A stretch of 64,000 bases of DNA from a bacterium (GCA_044869275.1 JBIOXB010000063.1:1-64000); one strand, 5' to 3'. Shown: positions 46,897 to 56,540, numbered from the stretch's first letter. Notes: a model not told the origin generated them from the sequence alone. Translations and numbers: made by a program.

Positions 46897-49596
46897 TCAT
46901 TTCTCCCCTAGACGCTCCAACGCCGCCAGCGCCTCTGGTACGTGCTCGCCCCAAGGGAAGCGGTCGAGGTATTCTTGATAACGCTGGCGGGCTTCGGAGG
47001 TGCGGCCAGCGGCCTCAAGGGCGTGGCTAAGTTTGAATATATAACGCGATAAGCGGAAAGGTCGCTGCTCGAGTTGAATACCAATCTTATATTCCGCTAT
47101 CGCGTGTTCAGGTTGATTGAGATTTTCAGAATAAATGTCTGCTATACTAATGTGCGGTCCCGCGTACTCCTGATCGAGAGTAATAGCTTTTTGAAATTCT
47201 TCTAATGCAGCCTCGTAGTCGCCTTTTCTTAGCAAAGTGACCCCGAGATGGGCATGTGCCCACTCCAAATCTTCCTTTAATTCAATCGCTCGGCGTAAAC
47301 AAATTTCTGCTTCTTTAGAGTTTCCTAAATCATTGTAAGCCCTACCCAAGTTTCCCCAAAGCCATGCTTCATTGGGTGCTAATGTTAGACACTTCATACA
47401 ATGCTCGATTGAGATTTCAGGATTTCTGGCCTGTCGAAATGCCCAAGCAAGTAATCCTCTTAACTCAAAATCAACTGGGTTCTCATTTACTAAAGGCTCA
47501 AGAAATAAAATTGTTCTCTCTGAAAGCCGCAGACCAATGAGAAATATGGCAAATACGCTAAATGCTTTCGCCTTCTGACTATACACACGTTCAAAAAGCA
47601 CTGGCAGTGCTCTGGTATCGGTTTTGCATTCAAGTGATAAAACGACAAGCATTTCTTCATATACTTTTCCAAACCATGCACTTTCTAAATCCTTGCTTAA
47701 CTTTTGAATGAGAATTATGACCAATACATCAACAAATTTTCGATCAATTTCTTTCGCATAAACTGCACACTTCGCCGCCAGATACGGATCCCTCTTCATC
47801 ACCTCCCTCACCACTTCCGTCGCATTATCAAGCAACCCGCACACAAACACCAAAACTTCCGCCCATTCCGGATCGCCCACATGCTTCAGCACATATTCCA
47901 AGGATTGATGCAACGCCACTTCCCGCGCAAAGAAATACTCCTGCACAGCTTGATGAAAGAATCCCGTCTGCCCGGCACTTTCGCGCAACAGGCCGTGATA
48001 GAGAAATTCGCGATTGAGTGCCGCAACATTGAGATTGTCAGGTGCCTCTTTCTTGTTTTGCAATTCAGCGAGACGGGCAGACATCGCGGCGGCAGCCTCG
48101 TCCGCCGAAAGCAATGTGCGGCTAGTGCCCAGCCGCCATGCCAGCGCCGAGAGAATCTCCTTTTCTACGCGCACCGAGCCTGCGCCTTTCACGCGCGCCC
48201 ATTCGCTCAAATAGCGGTCGATAAAACGGTCAAAAAGCTGGGCGCGGTTTTGGGGCGGGTCGTCGCCAGCGCGCAGCTCATCGGCGAGCATCGTGAGCAT
48301 GAGTGGATTGCGGCAAAGGTCGCGGGTGTATTCGTCCAGGCCTTTCCATGCAGCTTGCGCTTGGTCCGCACCGATTTCAATCTCTAGAACTTTGGAGGCA
48401 TTGAAGCTGCCCAATCGCTCCAATTGAAATGTCACAAATTCGTGACGCAACTCGTCGCGATAGACGCCCGGCCGGCAGGTGACCACAAAGCGGTTTTGCG
48501 GAATCTCATTGAGGAGATGGTGGATTTGATGTACGACTTCGTCATATGCCTCGCCGACTTCATTCAGTCCATCAAACAAAAGCAAACAGCCGCCGGCGGC
48601 GAGGCGCTTGCGTACGTCAACATCGTGCACGCCGCGCACGCTGGCGGTGAGGAGGCGCCAGAGGCCGTGTTTTGCATCTCCGCTGGAGATCGTGGGATAC
48701 GCCGAGAGATCGAGGAAGATAGGCAGGTTGAAATCTTCCGGCTCATTCAGCCCTGGTTGCTGGCCTTCGCCGCGCCACACCGCATACTCAGCGGCCAGCT
48801 TTTTGAGCGAAGTGGTTTTGCCTGCGCCCGGCTCGCCGAGAATGAGCAAACGCGGAAACATTTTGACCGCGTTGCTCACTTTCATGTTGCGCGGCCGCTC
48901 GGCTTCCACCTCTTCGAGAAAAAGCGGGGGCAAATTGAGCGTGCGTAGGCGCAGCGGCCGAGCGGTTTTCTGTAACTCGGTTCGGCAATAGGCGAGATGT
49001 TCTGCAAAAGCGGAGAGGGGCGGTGCCTCTACCGGTCGTTCACCCGCAGTGGCCGGCCGGTGGCCGGCAGCGGGCACCAACTTCAATAACCAATCGGTAA
49101 GGTGATGCCGCAGCAGCGCGGCAAAATGCTCGGGGTCGCGATAAAGCGAGTAGAGTGCAAGATGCCCGGCTTCCACCTGTTTCTTGAACTCCAGAACTTT
49201 TTGCAATTGCGGGCCGGGATCGGTGAGAAAATCCGGATGCACCTCACGGAAATACAGCATGATCTCCGGCGCGCGCTCTTTGGCAAAGCGTTCACGAGCG
49301 AGGTTGAATTCTTCCAACGTGCCTGACTCTGCCTCACCGCTGGGCAAACCGAATCGCCGCCATAAAATGCCGAGGAATAAATCGCATTCTCGCACGAGGC
49401 GGTTGATCAATTCCTGGCTGCGCCCCATGCCGGGCGTGGCATGCGTTTCCCAGCCGACAGGCTCGAGATCGTAACCCTGTTTGTGCGCCACCGGCCGCAA
49501 GCTGAGGATTTCGTCGCGCGCTTTATCGCGCTCGGGCATGACGTCGCCGGGCGAGGCGATGAAAATTTTAAGCAATTGGATGGTTCGGCCGGGCAT
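46897..49596 (-). CDS. STAND NTPase: DUF4062 + NACHT + TPR (bacterial NLR-like)
   Basis: IFIASPGDV...CDLFLGILWRRFG...SGTLEEF; Walker A GEPGAGKT; Walker B LLLFDGLNE; NPLML; FFHQAVQEYF; C-terminal TPRs. Alternative GTG start at 49629. Confidence 0.9.
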   Translation of the reverse strand: MPGRTIQLLKIFIASPGDVMPERDKARDEILSLRPVAHKQGYDLEPVGWETHATPGMGRSQELINRLVRECDLFLGILWRRFGLPSGEAESGTLEEFNLARERFAKERAPEIMLYFREVHPDFLTDPGPQLQKVLEFKKQVEAGHLALYSLYRDPEHFAALLRHHLTDWLLKLVPAAGHRPATAGERPVEAPPLSAFAEHLAYCRTELQKTARPLRLRTLNLPPLFLEEVEAERPRNMKVSNAVKMFPRLLILGEPGAGKTTSLKKLAAEYAVWRGEGQQPGLNEPEDFNLPIFLDLSAYPTISSGDAKHGLWRLLTASVRGVHDVDVRKRLAAGGCLLLFDGLNEVGEAYDEVVHQIHHLLNEIPQNRFVVTCRPGVYRDELRHEFVTFQLERLGSFNASKVLEIEIGADQAQAAWKGLDEYTRDLCRNPLMLTMLADELRAGDDPPQNRAQLFDRFIDRYLSEWARVKGAGSVRVEKEILSALAWRLGTSRTLLSADEAAAAMSARLAELQNKKEAPDNLNVAALNREFLYHGLLRESAGQTGFFHQAVQEYFFAREVALHQSLEYVLKHVGDPEWAEVLVFVCGLLDNATEVVREVMKRDPYLAAKCAVYAKEIDRKFVDVLVIILIQKLSKDLESAWFGKVYEEMLVVLSLECKTDTRALPVLFERVYSQKAKAFSVFAIFLIGLRLSERTILFLEPLVNENPVDFELRGLLAWAFRQARNPEISIEHCMKCLTLAPNEAWLWGNLGRAYNDLGNSKEAEICLRRAIELKEDLEWAHAHLGVTLLRKGDYEAALEEFQKAITLDQEYAGPHISIADIYSENLNQPEHAIAEYKIGIQLEQRPFRLSRYIFKLSHALEAAGRTSEARQRYQEYLDRFPWGEHVPEALAALERLGEK

Positions 49597-49664
49597 GGAC
49601 GATCTCAATACAAGTTCTCGTACTGCCACCTCAAGTACGGATCTTTGTGTGATTTTTTAAGCGC

Positions 49665-49752
49665 GTCATTCAGCAGGGGTCTGGTGTGGCACTAAGTTGA
49701 CTCCCGACTTGGGTTGAGTACGAAATGCCGCACAAGATTCTTTCAGAATGAC
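49665..49752. repeat. GTCAT...ATGAC REP-like inverted repeat
   Basis: 27-bp arms at 49665-49691 / 49726-49752, 20 of 27 complementary. Confidence 0.65.
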
Positions 49753-49803
49753 AGTGCTGGGTGTAGCATTAACCAATCGTTGTAGCGCAGCCATGACAAT
49801 GCG

Positions 49804-50526
49804 TTAATCTTTCACCGCGACAAAAAGCCCTCGGTTTTTCATAAGGCCGTTTTCGAGAAATCGGGCATGAAAACCTTCTTTTGCGAGGATCTGCAAGAAC
49901 TTGTCTTGATCGAACAGCGTCAAGATATGATGGTCGCTATAGTGGCGGACACCCTGCTTGGTTCCGACCAAATAGTGGAAATCAAGTATGGCAAAATCCC
50001 CTCTGCGCCGGCTGGTGTTCATGCGGGTAATTGTCACGCCCTCGTCGTTCTGCGTGAGCGAGTGAATCGCGCCGGTGGCATATCTTTCCCTGGCCACAAA
50101 CGGCTCGAGCAGGAGAACTCCACCGCTCACCAGATGCCGGGAAAAATTCCGGAGCGCTTGCTGCAGTTTTGAGTAGCTATGCAAATACCCAATCGAACTA
50201 AACAGGCAAAGCAGCACGTCAAATTTTGGGCGGAGGCGAAACAACAACATATTCCCCCTTGCCAACACAATTCCGGGGAGCTTTTTCCGCGCCAATTTAA
50301 GCATGGCCGGGCTGAGGTCCACGCCGGTCACGGCATAGCGCGCGCGCAAGTACTTGAGATGTTCGCCAGTGCCACAAGCGACGTCCAGCAGCCTTTTGCC
50401 TGGAGATCTTTTGTGCTTGATGATCAGCCGGTGCAATTTTTCGCATTCGGCGCGATAGTCTTTCCATTGGTAAATCACATCATAATAGGGCGCGAGCCGG
50501 TCGTACATCATGTTTTGAGACTTCAT
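49804..50526 (-). CDS. Class I SAM-dependent methyltransferase
   Basis: YDVIYQWKDY, LLDVACGTG, GVDLSPAML and CLFSSIGY. Confidence 0.9.
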   Translation of the reverse strand: MKSQNMMYDRLAPYYDVIYQWKDYRAECEKLHRLIIKHKRSPGKRLLDVACGTGEHLKYLRARYAVTGVDLSPAMLKLARKKLPGIVLARGNMLLFRLRPKFDVLLCLFSSIGYLHSYSKLQQALRNFSRHLVSGGVLLLEPFVARERYATGAIHSLTQNDEGVTITRMNTSRRRGDFAILDFHYLVGTKQGVRHYSDHHILTLFDQDKFLQILAKEGFHARFLENGLMKNRGLFVAVKD

Positions 50527-50693
50527 CTTATTCCTGGATCGAACAGTGAGATTCGGTTTGCAGCCCATCCCAAAACCTTGTTATGCCATGCTGGAAACAT
50601 CCCGGGAGATTCAGTATCAGCTATAGCAACAGGAACTGTACTGGATTCAACCAAGATCCCTGCCGGACGACAAGCCCGGGTTGGGCCAGGCTT

Positions 50694-52634
50694 CTAGTCA
50701 AGCGCGCGTTTCACATCCGGCACCAGCCCGCCGTTGTGCATGATGCTCGTCATCACCACCGGCAGGGGCTGGCCGTGATACGTTTTACCGTGAAGTGTCA
50801 CCGTTCCGGCCTCCAGATCGACTTGCAGGGCATCACTATCACTTACGTCATGATAAAACGCCTCCTCGCGCACGATCAGAAACGGCAGCGCCTCATTCAC
50901 GAGATTGCGCTTGTGAATGTAGGCAAAGCTTTTGGCGATGACCGCGCGCACCCCCGCGCCTTTGAGCGCCCACACTGCATGTTCGCGGCTGGAGCCGCTG
51001 CCCCAACCCTCGCCGGCGACGATGATGTTCTCGCCGTTCGCCACACGCTGCACAAAGTCAGGCCGAAAATGAACAAAGGCTTTTTGTCCGATATCTTTGA
51101 GATCGGAAAGATGGCAGAACTCGCCGGCGATGATCGCATCCGTGTCGATGTGATCACCAAAGAGCTGCGCCTTGCCCGTTATCGCATGTGAGGCACCAGT
51201 CTGTGCGTGGCCATTTTTCTGAGCTATGCTCTCGCCCTGCACAGCATGAGGCATTTGATAAACCACAGCGGGCAGGTGACGTCGTGAGGCAATCAGTTTT
51301 TCAAAGCGATCACGATCGATCGTTTCAAACCAGCGGCGGGGGTCGGAAACCCTCATGTCGAATGCTGAGGCAGCCACCGTTGCGGCCGAAGCCAGCCAGG
51401 CGAGACTGCCTTTGCCCATGCGGTTGTGAAAATTACGATTCTGCGACGACAGCCAGACTTCACCCGGCTGTGCGCGATCGCTGGCGATGCCGAGGCACAT
51501 GCTGCAGCCCGGCTCGTTTACGTGAAAACCGGCGCGGCGATAGACTTCGAGCAGGCCCGCGTTCTGCAAATTATTTGCGACTTCAAGGCTGCCCGGCACG
51601 ACGAGGCGGTTTGAGGTTTCTCGCGCATGACAGCCTTCGGCCATGGCCCTTTCCAAAACCAGCGCGGCCAGAATCAACTCTTCCTGGGTGGTGGTGCATG
51701 CGCCGATGAAACAACCGTCCAGTTGCTGGCCCGCGCTCTCTTGAATGCTGAAAACATTGTCGGGAGAAAAAGGCTTGGCCACTTGCGGCGCCATATTGTT
51801 CAAGTCAATGCGAAAGGTTTCGACATAATTTGCCTGCGCATCTGCCTCAAACCACCAGCCGCCCTCGCGGAATTGCGGATCGCGGCGCTGTCTCATGGTT
51901 TGCATCACCTGGCCGTCCGCCGGAAAGATGCCGTTGAGGCCGCCGAACTCCGCGGTCATATTGGCAATGGTGAAACGAAAGTCTGTAGATAACTCTTCGA
52001 GATGATCGCCGGTGAATTCCACGGTGCGTTCCATGGCAACGGTATTGCGTCCCAGCTGGCCGAGGGTTTTGAGAATGACGTCTTTGCCGGTCAAACCGAA
52101 CGGCAGGCGCCCGGCATAATGCACGCGAATCGCTTCCGGCACTTGCACCCACGAGCGCCCGAGCACCATGGCTGCGACGATGTCGGCCCCCCCGAGGCCA
52201 ATGGCCAGCGCCGCCATGCCGCCGTGTGAGCTGGTGTGTGAATCCGCGCCCAGCACAATTTCACCGGGGCGCACCAACTGCCGGAAGAATTCCGTGTGCA
52301 TGATGGTTTGATTCGCGTCGAAAAAATATTTGAGCCGCGCTTCTTGCGCAAAGCTGCGCGAAAGCCGTACGAGATTTTGCGTACGCTGGTCGTGCGCCAG
52401 CGTGCCTCCGTCGACGGTGTGATCGAGCGCGAGATAGAAGCGGTCTTTATCTGCCAGCGCCGGCCGGCCCAATGCCTCATAGGTCATGTTCATGCCGTTC
52501 CACGCCAGCTCACTGGCGATGGTCCAATCGACGCGAACGTTTAAAATGTCTCCGGCTTGCACAAAGTCTTTGTTCCAGCTCAGGGCGTGCTGTAGCAGGA
52601 TTTTTTCCGTGAGGGTCATACCTAAACTTCTCAT
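50694..52634 (-). CDS. Aconitase-family hydratase with LeuC-like and LeuD-like domains fused
   Basis: MTLTEKIL, GADSHT, Fe-S ligands FIGACT and PGCSMCLG, NRNF; C-terminal IDTDAII, GSGSSREHA and FAYIHKRNLVN. Confidence 0.9.
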   Translation of the reverse strand: MRSLGMTLTEKILLQHALSWNKDFVQAGDILNVRVDWTIASELAWNGMNMTYEALGRPALADKDRFYLALDHTVDGGTLAHDQRTQNLVRLSRSFAQEARLKYFFDANQTIMHTEFFRQLVRPGEIVLGADSHTSSHGGMAALAIGLGGADIVAAMVLGRSWVQVPEAIRVHYAGRLPFGLTGKDVILKTLGQLGRNTVAMERTVEFTGDHLEELSTDFRFTIANMTAEFGGLNGIFPADGQVMQTMRQRRDPQFREGGWWFEADAQANYVETFRIDLNNMAPQVAKPFSPDNVFSIQESAGQQLDGCFIGACTTTQEELILAALVLERAMAEGCHARETSNRLVVPGSLEVANNLQNAGLLEVYRRAGFHVNEPGCSMCLGIASDRAQPGEVWLSSQNRNFHNRMGKGSLAWLASAATVAASAFDMRVSDPRRWFETIDRDRFEKLIASRRHLPAVVYQMPHAVQGESIAQKNGHAQTGASHAITGKAQLFGDHIDTDAIIAGEFCHLSDLKDIGQKAFVHFRPDFVQRVANGENIIVAGEGWGSGSSREHAVWALKGAGVRAVIAKSFAYIHKRNLVNEALPFLIVREEAFYHDVSDSDALQVDLEAGTVTLHGKTYHGQPLPVVMTSIMHNGGLVPDVKRALD

Positions 52635-52923
52635 AAGCGCTACCCCGTTTGGGTTGGTTCTGCTTGCCTCTTATAAATGTGACTGCCACGAAGGTGGGAA
52701 TCTCCTCGCCCCTGCGACGAAGCCGGGAAGTTTCCGCATTCGCAGGAATACCATATGAATGAATCTCCACGTCGATTTTAAACTACATATTTTTCCCGCT
52801 CCGAGCAATTGTAAATTTTTGTAGTGCGTGTTCCAGAATTCTCTTGCAGGAGCGGCTAAATTTATGCGATTTTGGGCGACGATTATCTTGACAATGTTAA
52901 GTTAAAATCGCGTCCTCACAATT

Positions 52924-52996
52924 TGTCATCCCGAAATTTCGGGATCTTCCCTGGGTTTGTGTGCAAGCCTCATGAGAAGAGTCCTACGGAATGACA
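52924..52996. repeat. GTCAT...ATGAC REP-like inverted repeat
   Basis: TGTCATCCCG...GGATCTTC / GAAGAGTCCTACGGAATGACA. Confidence 0.6.
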
Positions 52997-53117
52997 TGCG
53001 CTGGGATGCGCTGACGAGACTGGCCGCACGCTCTAAACATGAGACCGAATAACACGCATGCAACTTCGCAGAATGGCGTGCGTACAGATTGGCTGACACT
53101 TGCACGGGAGGAAAAAC

Positions 53118-53393
53118 ATGTTGGAATTGATCGCGCTCTTTGTAGTCATCACGCTGGCGTACGTGGCGCTCAAAATGCTGCTGCTCATTTTCAAGGTGGG
53201 CTTTTGGGCATTGACGCTGCCGTTGCAGGTTTTGCTGGGTGTGGTCGCGGCGCTCGTCGCCGTGGTCCTGATCCTGCCGCTGGCATTGATGGCGGGATTG
53301 TTCGGGCTGGTGCTGGCACCCCTGGCCCTGCTTTTGCCGTTGTTCCCTATTCTCTTGATTGCCGGCGGGCTCTATTTGCTGCTGAAATCATGA
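53118..53393 (+). CDS. Small Leu-rich membrane protein
   Basis: GGAGG RBS; almost entirely hydrophobic, 91 aa. Confidence 0.75.
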   Translation: MLELIALFVVITLAYVALKMLLLIFKVGFWALTLPLQVLLGVVAALVAVVLILPLALMAGLFGLVLAPLALLLPLFPILLIAGGLYLLLKS

Positions 53394-53416
53394 TTGCGAT
53401 CCGGCCGGGGTGATGC

Positions 53417-53445
53417 TTGACATTTCTGAGAAAAATCTGTAACAT
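53417..53445 (+). promoter_or_regulatory. Sigma70-type promoter for the kinase gene
   Basis: TTGACA-N17-TAACAT. Confidence 0.6.
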
Positions 53446-53618
53446 TCGCCTGTCAGGATTACGCAAGAGGGCCGGACACCTCCTACCTAACTATCGCATA
53501 AACTCGATTCCACTTTTTTCATCGTCGGCCGGGGGCCGTAACTGTCCTTTCTCACTGGACCCGGATCAAGCCCGGCGACGCCTGAGGTCTCGACCAGACA
53601 CAACAATGGGGCAGGATC

Positions 53619-56540
53619 ATGATCGGCCAGACGATTTCACATTACCAAATCATCGAAAAGCTCGGCCAGGGCGGCATGGGAAAGGTGTATAAAGCCTTCG
53701 ACACCAAGCTCATCCGCACTGTCGCACTCAAGTTTCTGCCCGAGGAGGTGACCCGCGAGCCAGAGTCTATCGATCGCTTCATTACCGAAGCGCAAGCCGC
53801 CTCTGCGCTGGATCATGCCAATATCTGCGCCATTCACGAGATCAACGAAACCGAAGACGGGCAGATGTACATTGTGATGGCCTGCTATGAGGGCGAGACG
53901 CTCCAGCAGAAAGTCAGGAGCGGACTCCCATCGTTTGAAAGCGCGATCGAAATAGCTCTGCAAATTGCCCGCGGGCTGGAACGGGCACACGAGGCCGGCA
54001 TTATTCATCGCGACATCAAGCCGTCGAATATCATCATCACCAAGCGTGGCGAGGTCAAGATCATTGATTTCGGCCTGGCCAAGCTGACCATGGGGCAATC
54101 GCGCTTGACCAAGAGTGGCAACATGCCGGGCACACTGGCCTATATGTCCCCGGAACAGGTGCAGGGACAGCCGGTTGATTATCGCACGGATCTCTGGTCG
54201 CTGGGGGTGATCATGCACGAAATGCTGACCGGGCAATTGCCGTTCCGCGGCGAGAATGAGGCCGCCGTCGTCTATGCCATCGTCAACGAACCATTGCAGC
54301 CGATCACGCATTTGCGCGAAGATATTCCCGTGGAATGGGCGAACCTCATTGGCAAGTGCCTGGAAAAGGATTTGTCGCTGCGCTACCTCGGCGCCGGCGA
54401 AGTCATTGCCGATGTGCTCCGGCTGAAAAGGCGGGCGGAAAAGCACGAAGGGGCGGAGCGAGGCAAAGAAAGCCGTACGCTGTCTGCCATCATGTTCACC
54501 GACATGGTGGGTTACAGCGCACTCACCCAAAAAAACGAAGAGCTGGCGCTCGCGCTTCTCGACGAACACCGGCGGCTATTGCGGCCGTTGTTTCACGAGC
54601 ACGGCGGAAAAGAAATCGAAGCCGTCGGCGACGCTTTTTTTGTGGAATTTGCCAGCGCTTTGCAGGCCACGCGCTGCGCTGTCGGCATTCAAAGAAAATT
54701 ATTTGAGCGCAATCGCGAGGCCTCCGCCGACCGGCGCATCAAGCTTCGTATCGGCCTGCATATTGGTGACGTGGTGCACACCGGCAAGCACGTGCACGGT
54801 GACGGCGTCAACATCGCCGCCCGCCTGGAGCCACTGGCGGCCCCAGGTGGAATTTGTCTCTCTCAAGATGTGGTGCGGCAAATTCAGAACAAAATCGGGC
54901 TGCCGCTGCGCAAACTGGGACGTGGCGAGTTGAAGAACATCGAGACGCCGCTGGAGGTTTACCGCATCGTTTTGCCCTGGGAGCGGAAACGGGCGCCTTT
55001 GCTTGAAAAGCTCAGCTTTGTTTTGCAACAGCGCAGGGCCTATGTGTATCGCTTCACCGCCATGGTGCTCGTCGCTGTCCTTCTGCCCGTGGCTGTTTAT
55101 TTGGAATGGGGCCCCAAAACAGATTCACCTTCTCCCGACCTGAAACGGATCGCCGTGCTGCCTCTGACCAACATTAGCTCCGACCCGCACGATGAATACT
55201 TTGCGGAGGGCATGACCGAGGAGCTGATTGCCACGCTCTCGCGCGTCGGCCAATTTCGAGTGATCGCCCGCAATTCGGTGATGCGATACAAAGCGAGCAG
55301 CAAAACCACGGCAGAAATCGGGGCAGAGTTGCAAGTGGGAACGGTATTGACGGGCAGCGTGCGCAAATCCGGCAACTCTTTGCGCATTGCCGTGCAGCTC
55401 GTGGAAGCGCGCCGGCAGGAGCCTTTGTGGTCGCAGCAATATGACCGCGAATTCCAAGACATCTTTGCCATTCAAAGTGACATTGCCCGAAGCGTCGTGG
55501 AAGCCTTGCGGGTGAGGTTGGTTGACGATGAAGAGCTGCGTCTCGCAAGGCGGTCGCCGCGCAACATGGAAGCCTACACCCTCTACTTGCGCGGGCTTTA
55601 TCACTGGAACAAGCGAACGGCGAGCGACATCAAAAAGGGAATGGATTATTTCCATCAAGCGCTGGCAAAAGATTCAACCTATGCCCAGCCGTATGCCGGC
55701 TTGGCCGATTCTTACACGGTATTGGGAACGGTCGAATATGGCGAATTGCCGGCGGCGCAAGCGATGCTGCAAGCCAGGGAGGCGGCAGAGAAGGCGCTGG
55801 CATTGGACCCGCAATGCGCCGAAGCACACGCCGCACGCGCGAACCTGTTTTATTCGTATGAATGGGATTGGCAGAATGCCGAGCGCGAATTCACGCGTGC
55901 CCTCGATCTGAATCCCAATTACGCGATCGCCCACCATTGGTATGCGCACTATTTATGCTCGCAGGGTCGGCTCAAGGAAGCCATGTTAGAGATCAGACAC
56001 GCCCAAGAATTGGACCCGCTCTCCTTGATCATCAACACGGCAGTGGGAATGGTCTTCTATTACCAGCGCCAGCCCGAGCTGGCACTGGCGCAATTGCACA
56101 AAACTCTGGAATTGGACTCCAGCTTCGCCGCCGCACTGTTGCAATTGGGAGTGGTGCACGTATATCAGCACCAGGCGGAAGAAGCCATGGCGGCATATCA
56201 AAGAGCCATAAATCTGATTGGCGCCAACCCCATCTCACTGAGTTTGCTGGCGCATGCCCAGGGCGTGTTCGGACGGCGCGCAGAGGCGAACAAGATTCTC
56301 AGTGAGTTTCGTAAACCTTCGATGCGCCGCTATGTTTCGGCTTCAGATATGGCGCTCGTTTATTTGGGATTGGGCGACAAAGATCAAGTTTTCGTCTGGC
56401 TGGATAAGGCGTGCGTCGAGCGTTCAAATTATCTCATTTATCTCAATGTGGAACCGTTGGTTGACAGCCTGCGTGAAGATCCGCGCTTCGCTGCTCTGTT
56501 GCAGAGGGTGGGAGTGCCTCGTTTGGTCAAATCATTGTGA
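53619..56540 (+). CDS. Ser/Thr kinase + class III nucleotide cyclase + TM + TolB-like + TPR protein
   Basis: Kinase motifs GQGGMG, VALK, HRDIKPSN, DFG, YMSPE; cyclase motifs FTDMVGYS, GDAF, GDGVNIAARLE; IAVLPL TolB-like domain; TPRs. Confidence 0.92.
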   Translation: MIGQTISHYQIIEKLGQGGMGKVYKAFDTKLIRTVALKFLPEEVTREPESIDRFITEAQAASALDHANICAIHEINETEDGQMYIVMACYEGETLQQKVRSGLPSFESAIEIALQIARGLERAHEAGIIHRDIKPSNIIITKRGEVKIIDFGLAKLTMGQSRLTKSGNMPGTLAYMSPEQVQGQPVDYRTDLWSLGVIMHEMLTGQLPFRGENEAAVVYAIVNEPLQPITHLREDIPVEWANLIGKCLEKDLSLRYLGAGEVIADVLRLKRRAEKHEGAERGKESRTLSAIMFTDMVGYSALTQKNEELALALLDEHRRLLRPLFHEHGGKEIEAVGDAFFVEFASALQATRCAVGIQRKLFERNREASADRRIKLRIGLHIGDVVHTGKHVHGDGVNIAARLEPLAAPGGICLSQDVVRQIQNKIGLPLRKLGRGELKNIETPLEVYRIVLPWERKRAPLLEKLSFVLQQRRAYVYRFTAMVLVAVLLPVAVYLEWGPKTDSPSPDLKRIAVLPLTNISSDPHDEYFAEGMTEELIATLSRVGQFRVIARNSVMRYKASSKTTAEIGAELQVGTVLTGSVRKSGNSLRIAVQLVEARRQEPLWSQQYDREFQDIFAIQSDIARSVVEALRVRLVDDEELRLARRSPRNMEAYTLYLRGLYHWNKRTASDIKKGMDYFHQALAKDSTYAQPYAGLADSYTVLGTVEYGELPAAQAMLQAREAAEKALALDPQCAEAHAARANLFYSYEWDWQNAEREFTRALDLNPNYAIAHHWYAHYLCSQGRLKEAMLEIRHAQELDPLSLIINTAVGMVFYYQRQPELALAQLHKTLELDSSFAAALLQLGVVHVYQHQAEEAMAAYQRAINLIGANPISLSLLAHAQGVFGRRAEANKILSEFRKPSMRRYVSASDMALVYLGLGDKDQVFVWLDKACVERSNYLIYLNVEPLVDSLREDPRFAALLQRVGVPRLVKSL

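Noticed and set aside
47030..47770. Diversity-generating retroelement target
   Set aside because: No template repeat or reverse transcriptase is visible in the window.
52635..52760. Riboswitch or leader peptide upstream of the aconitase-family gene
   Set aside because: A CCTGCGA/TCGCAGG stem exists, but I recognise no aptamer consensus, terminator or amino-acid-rich leader peptide.
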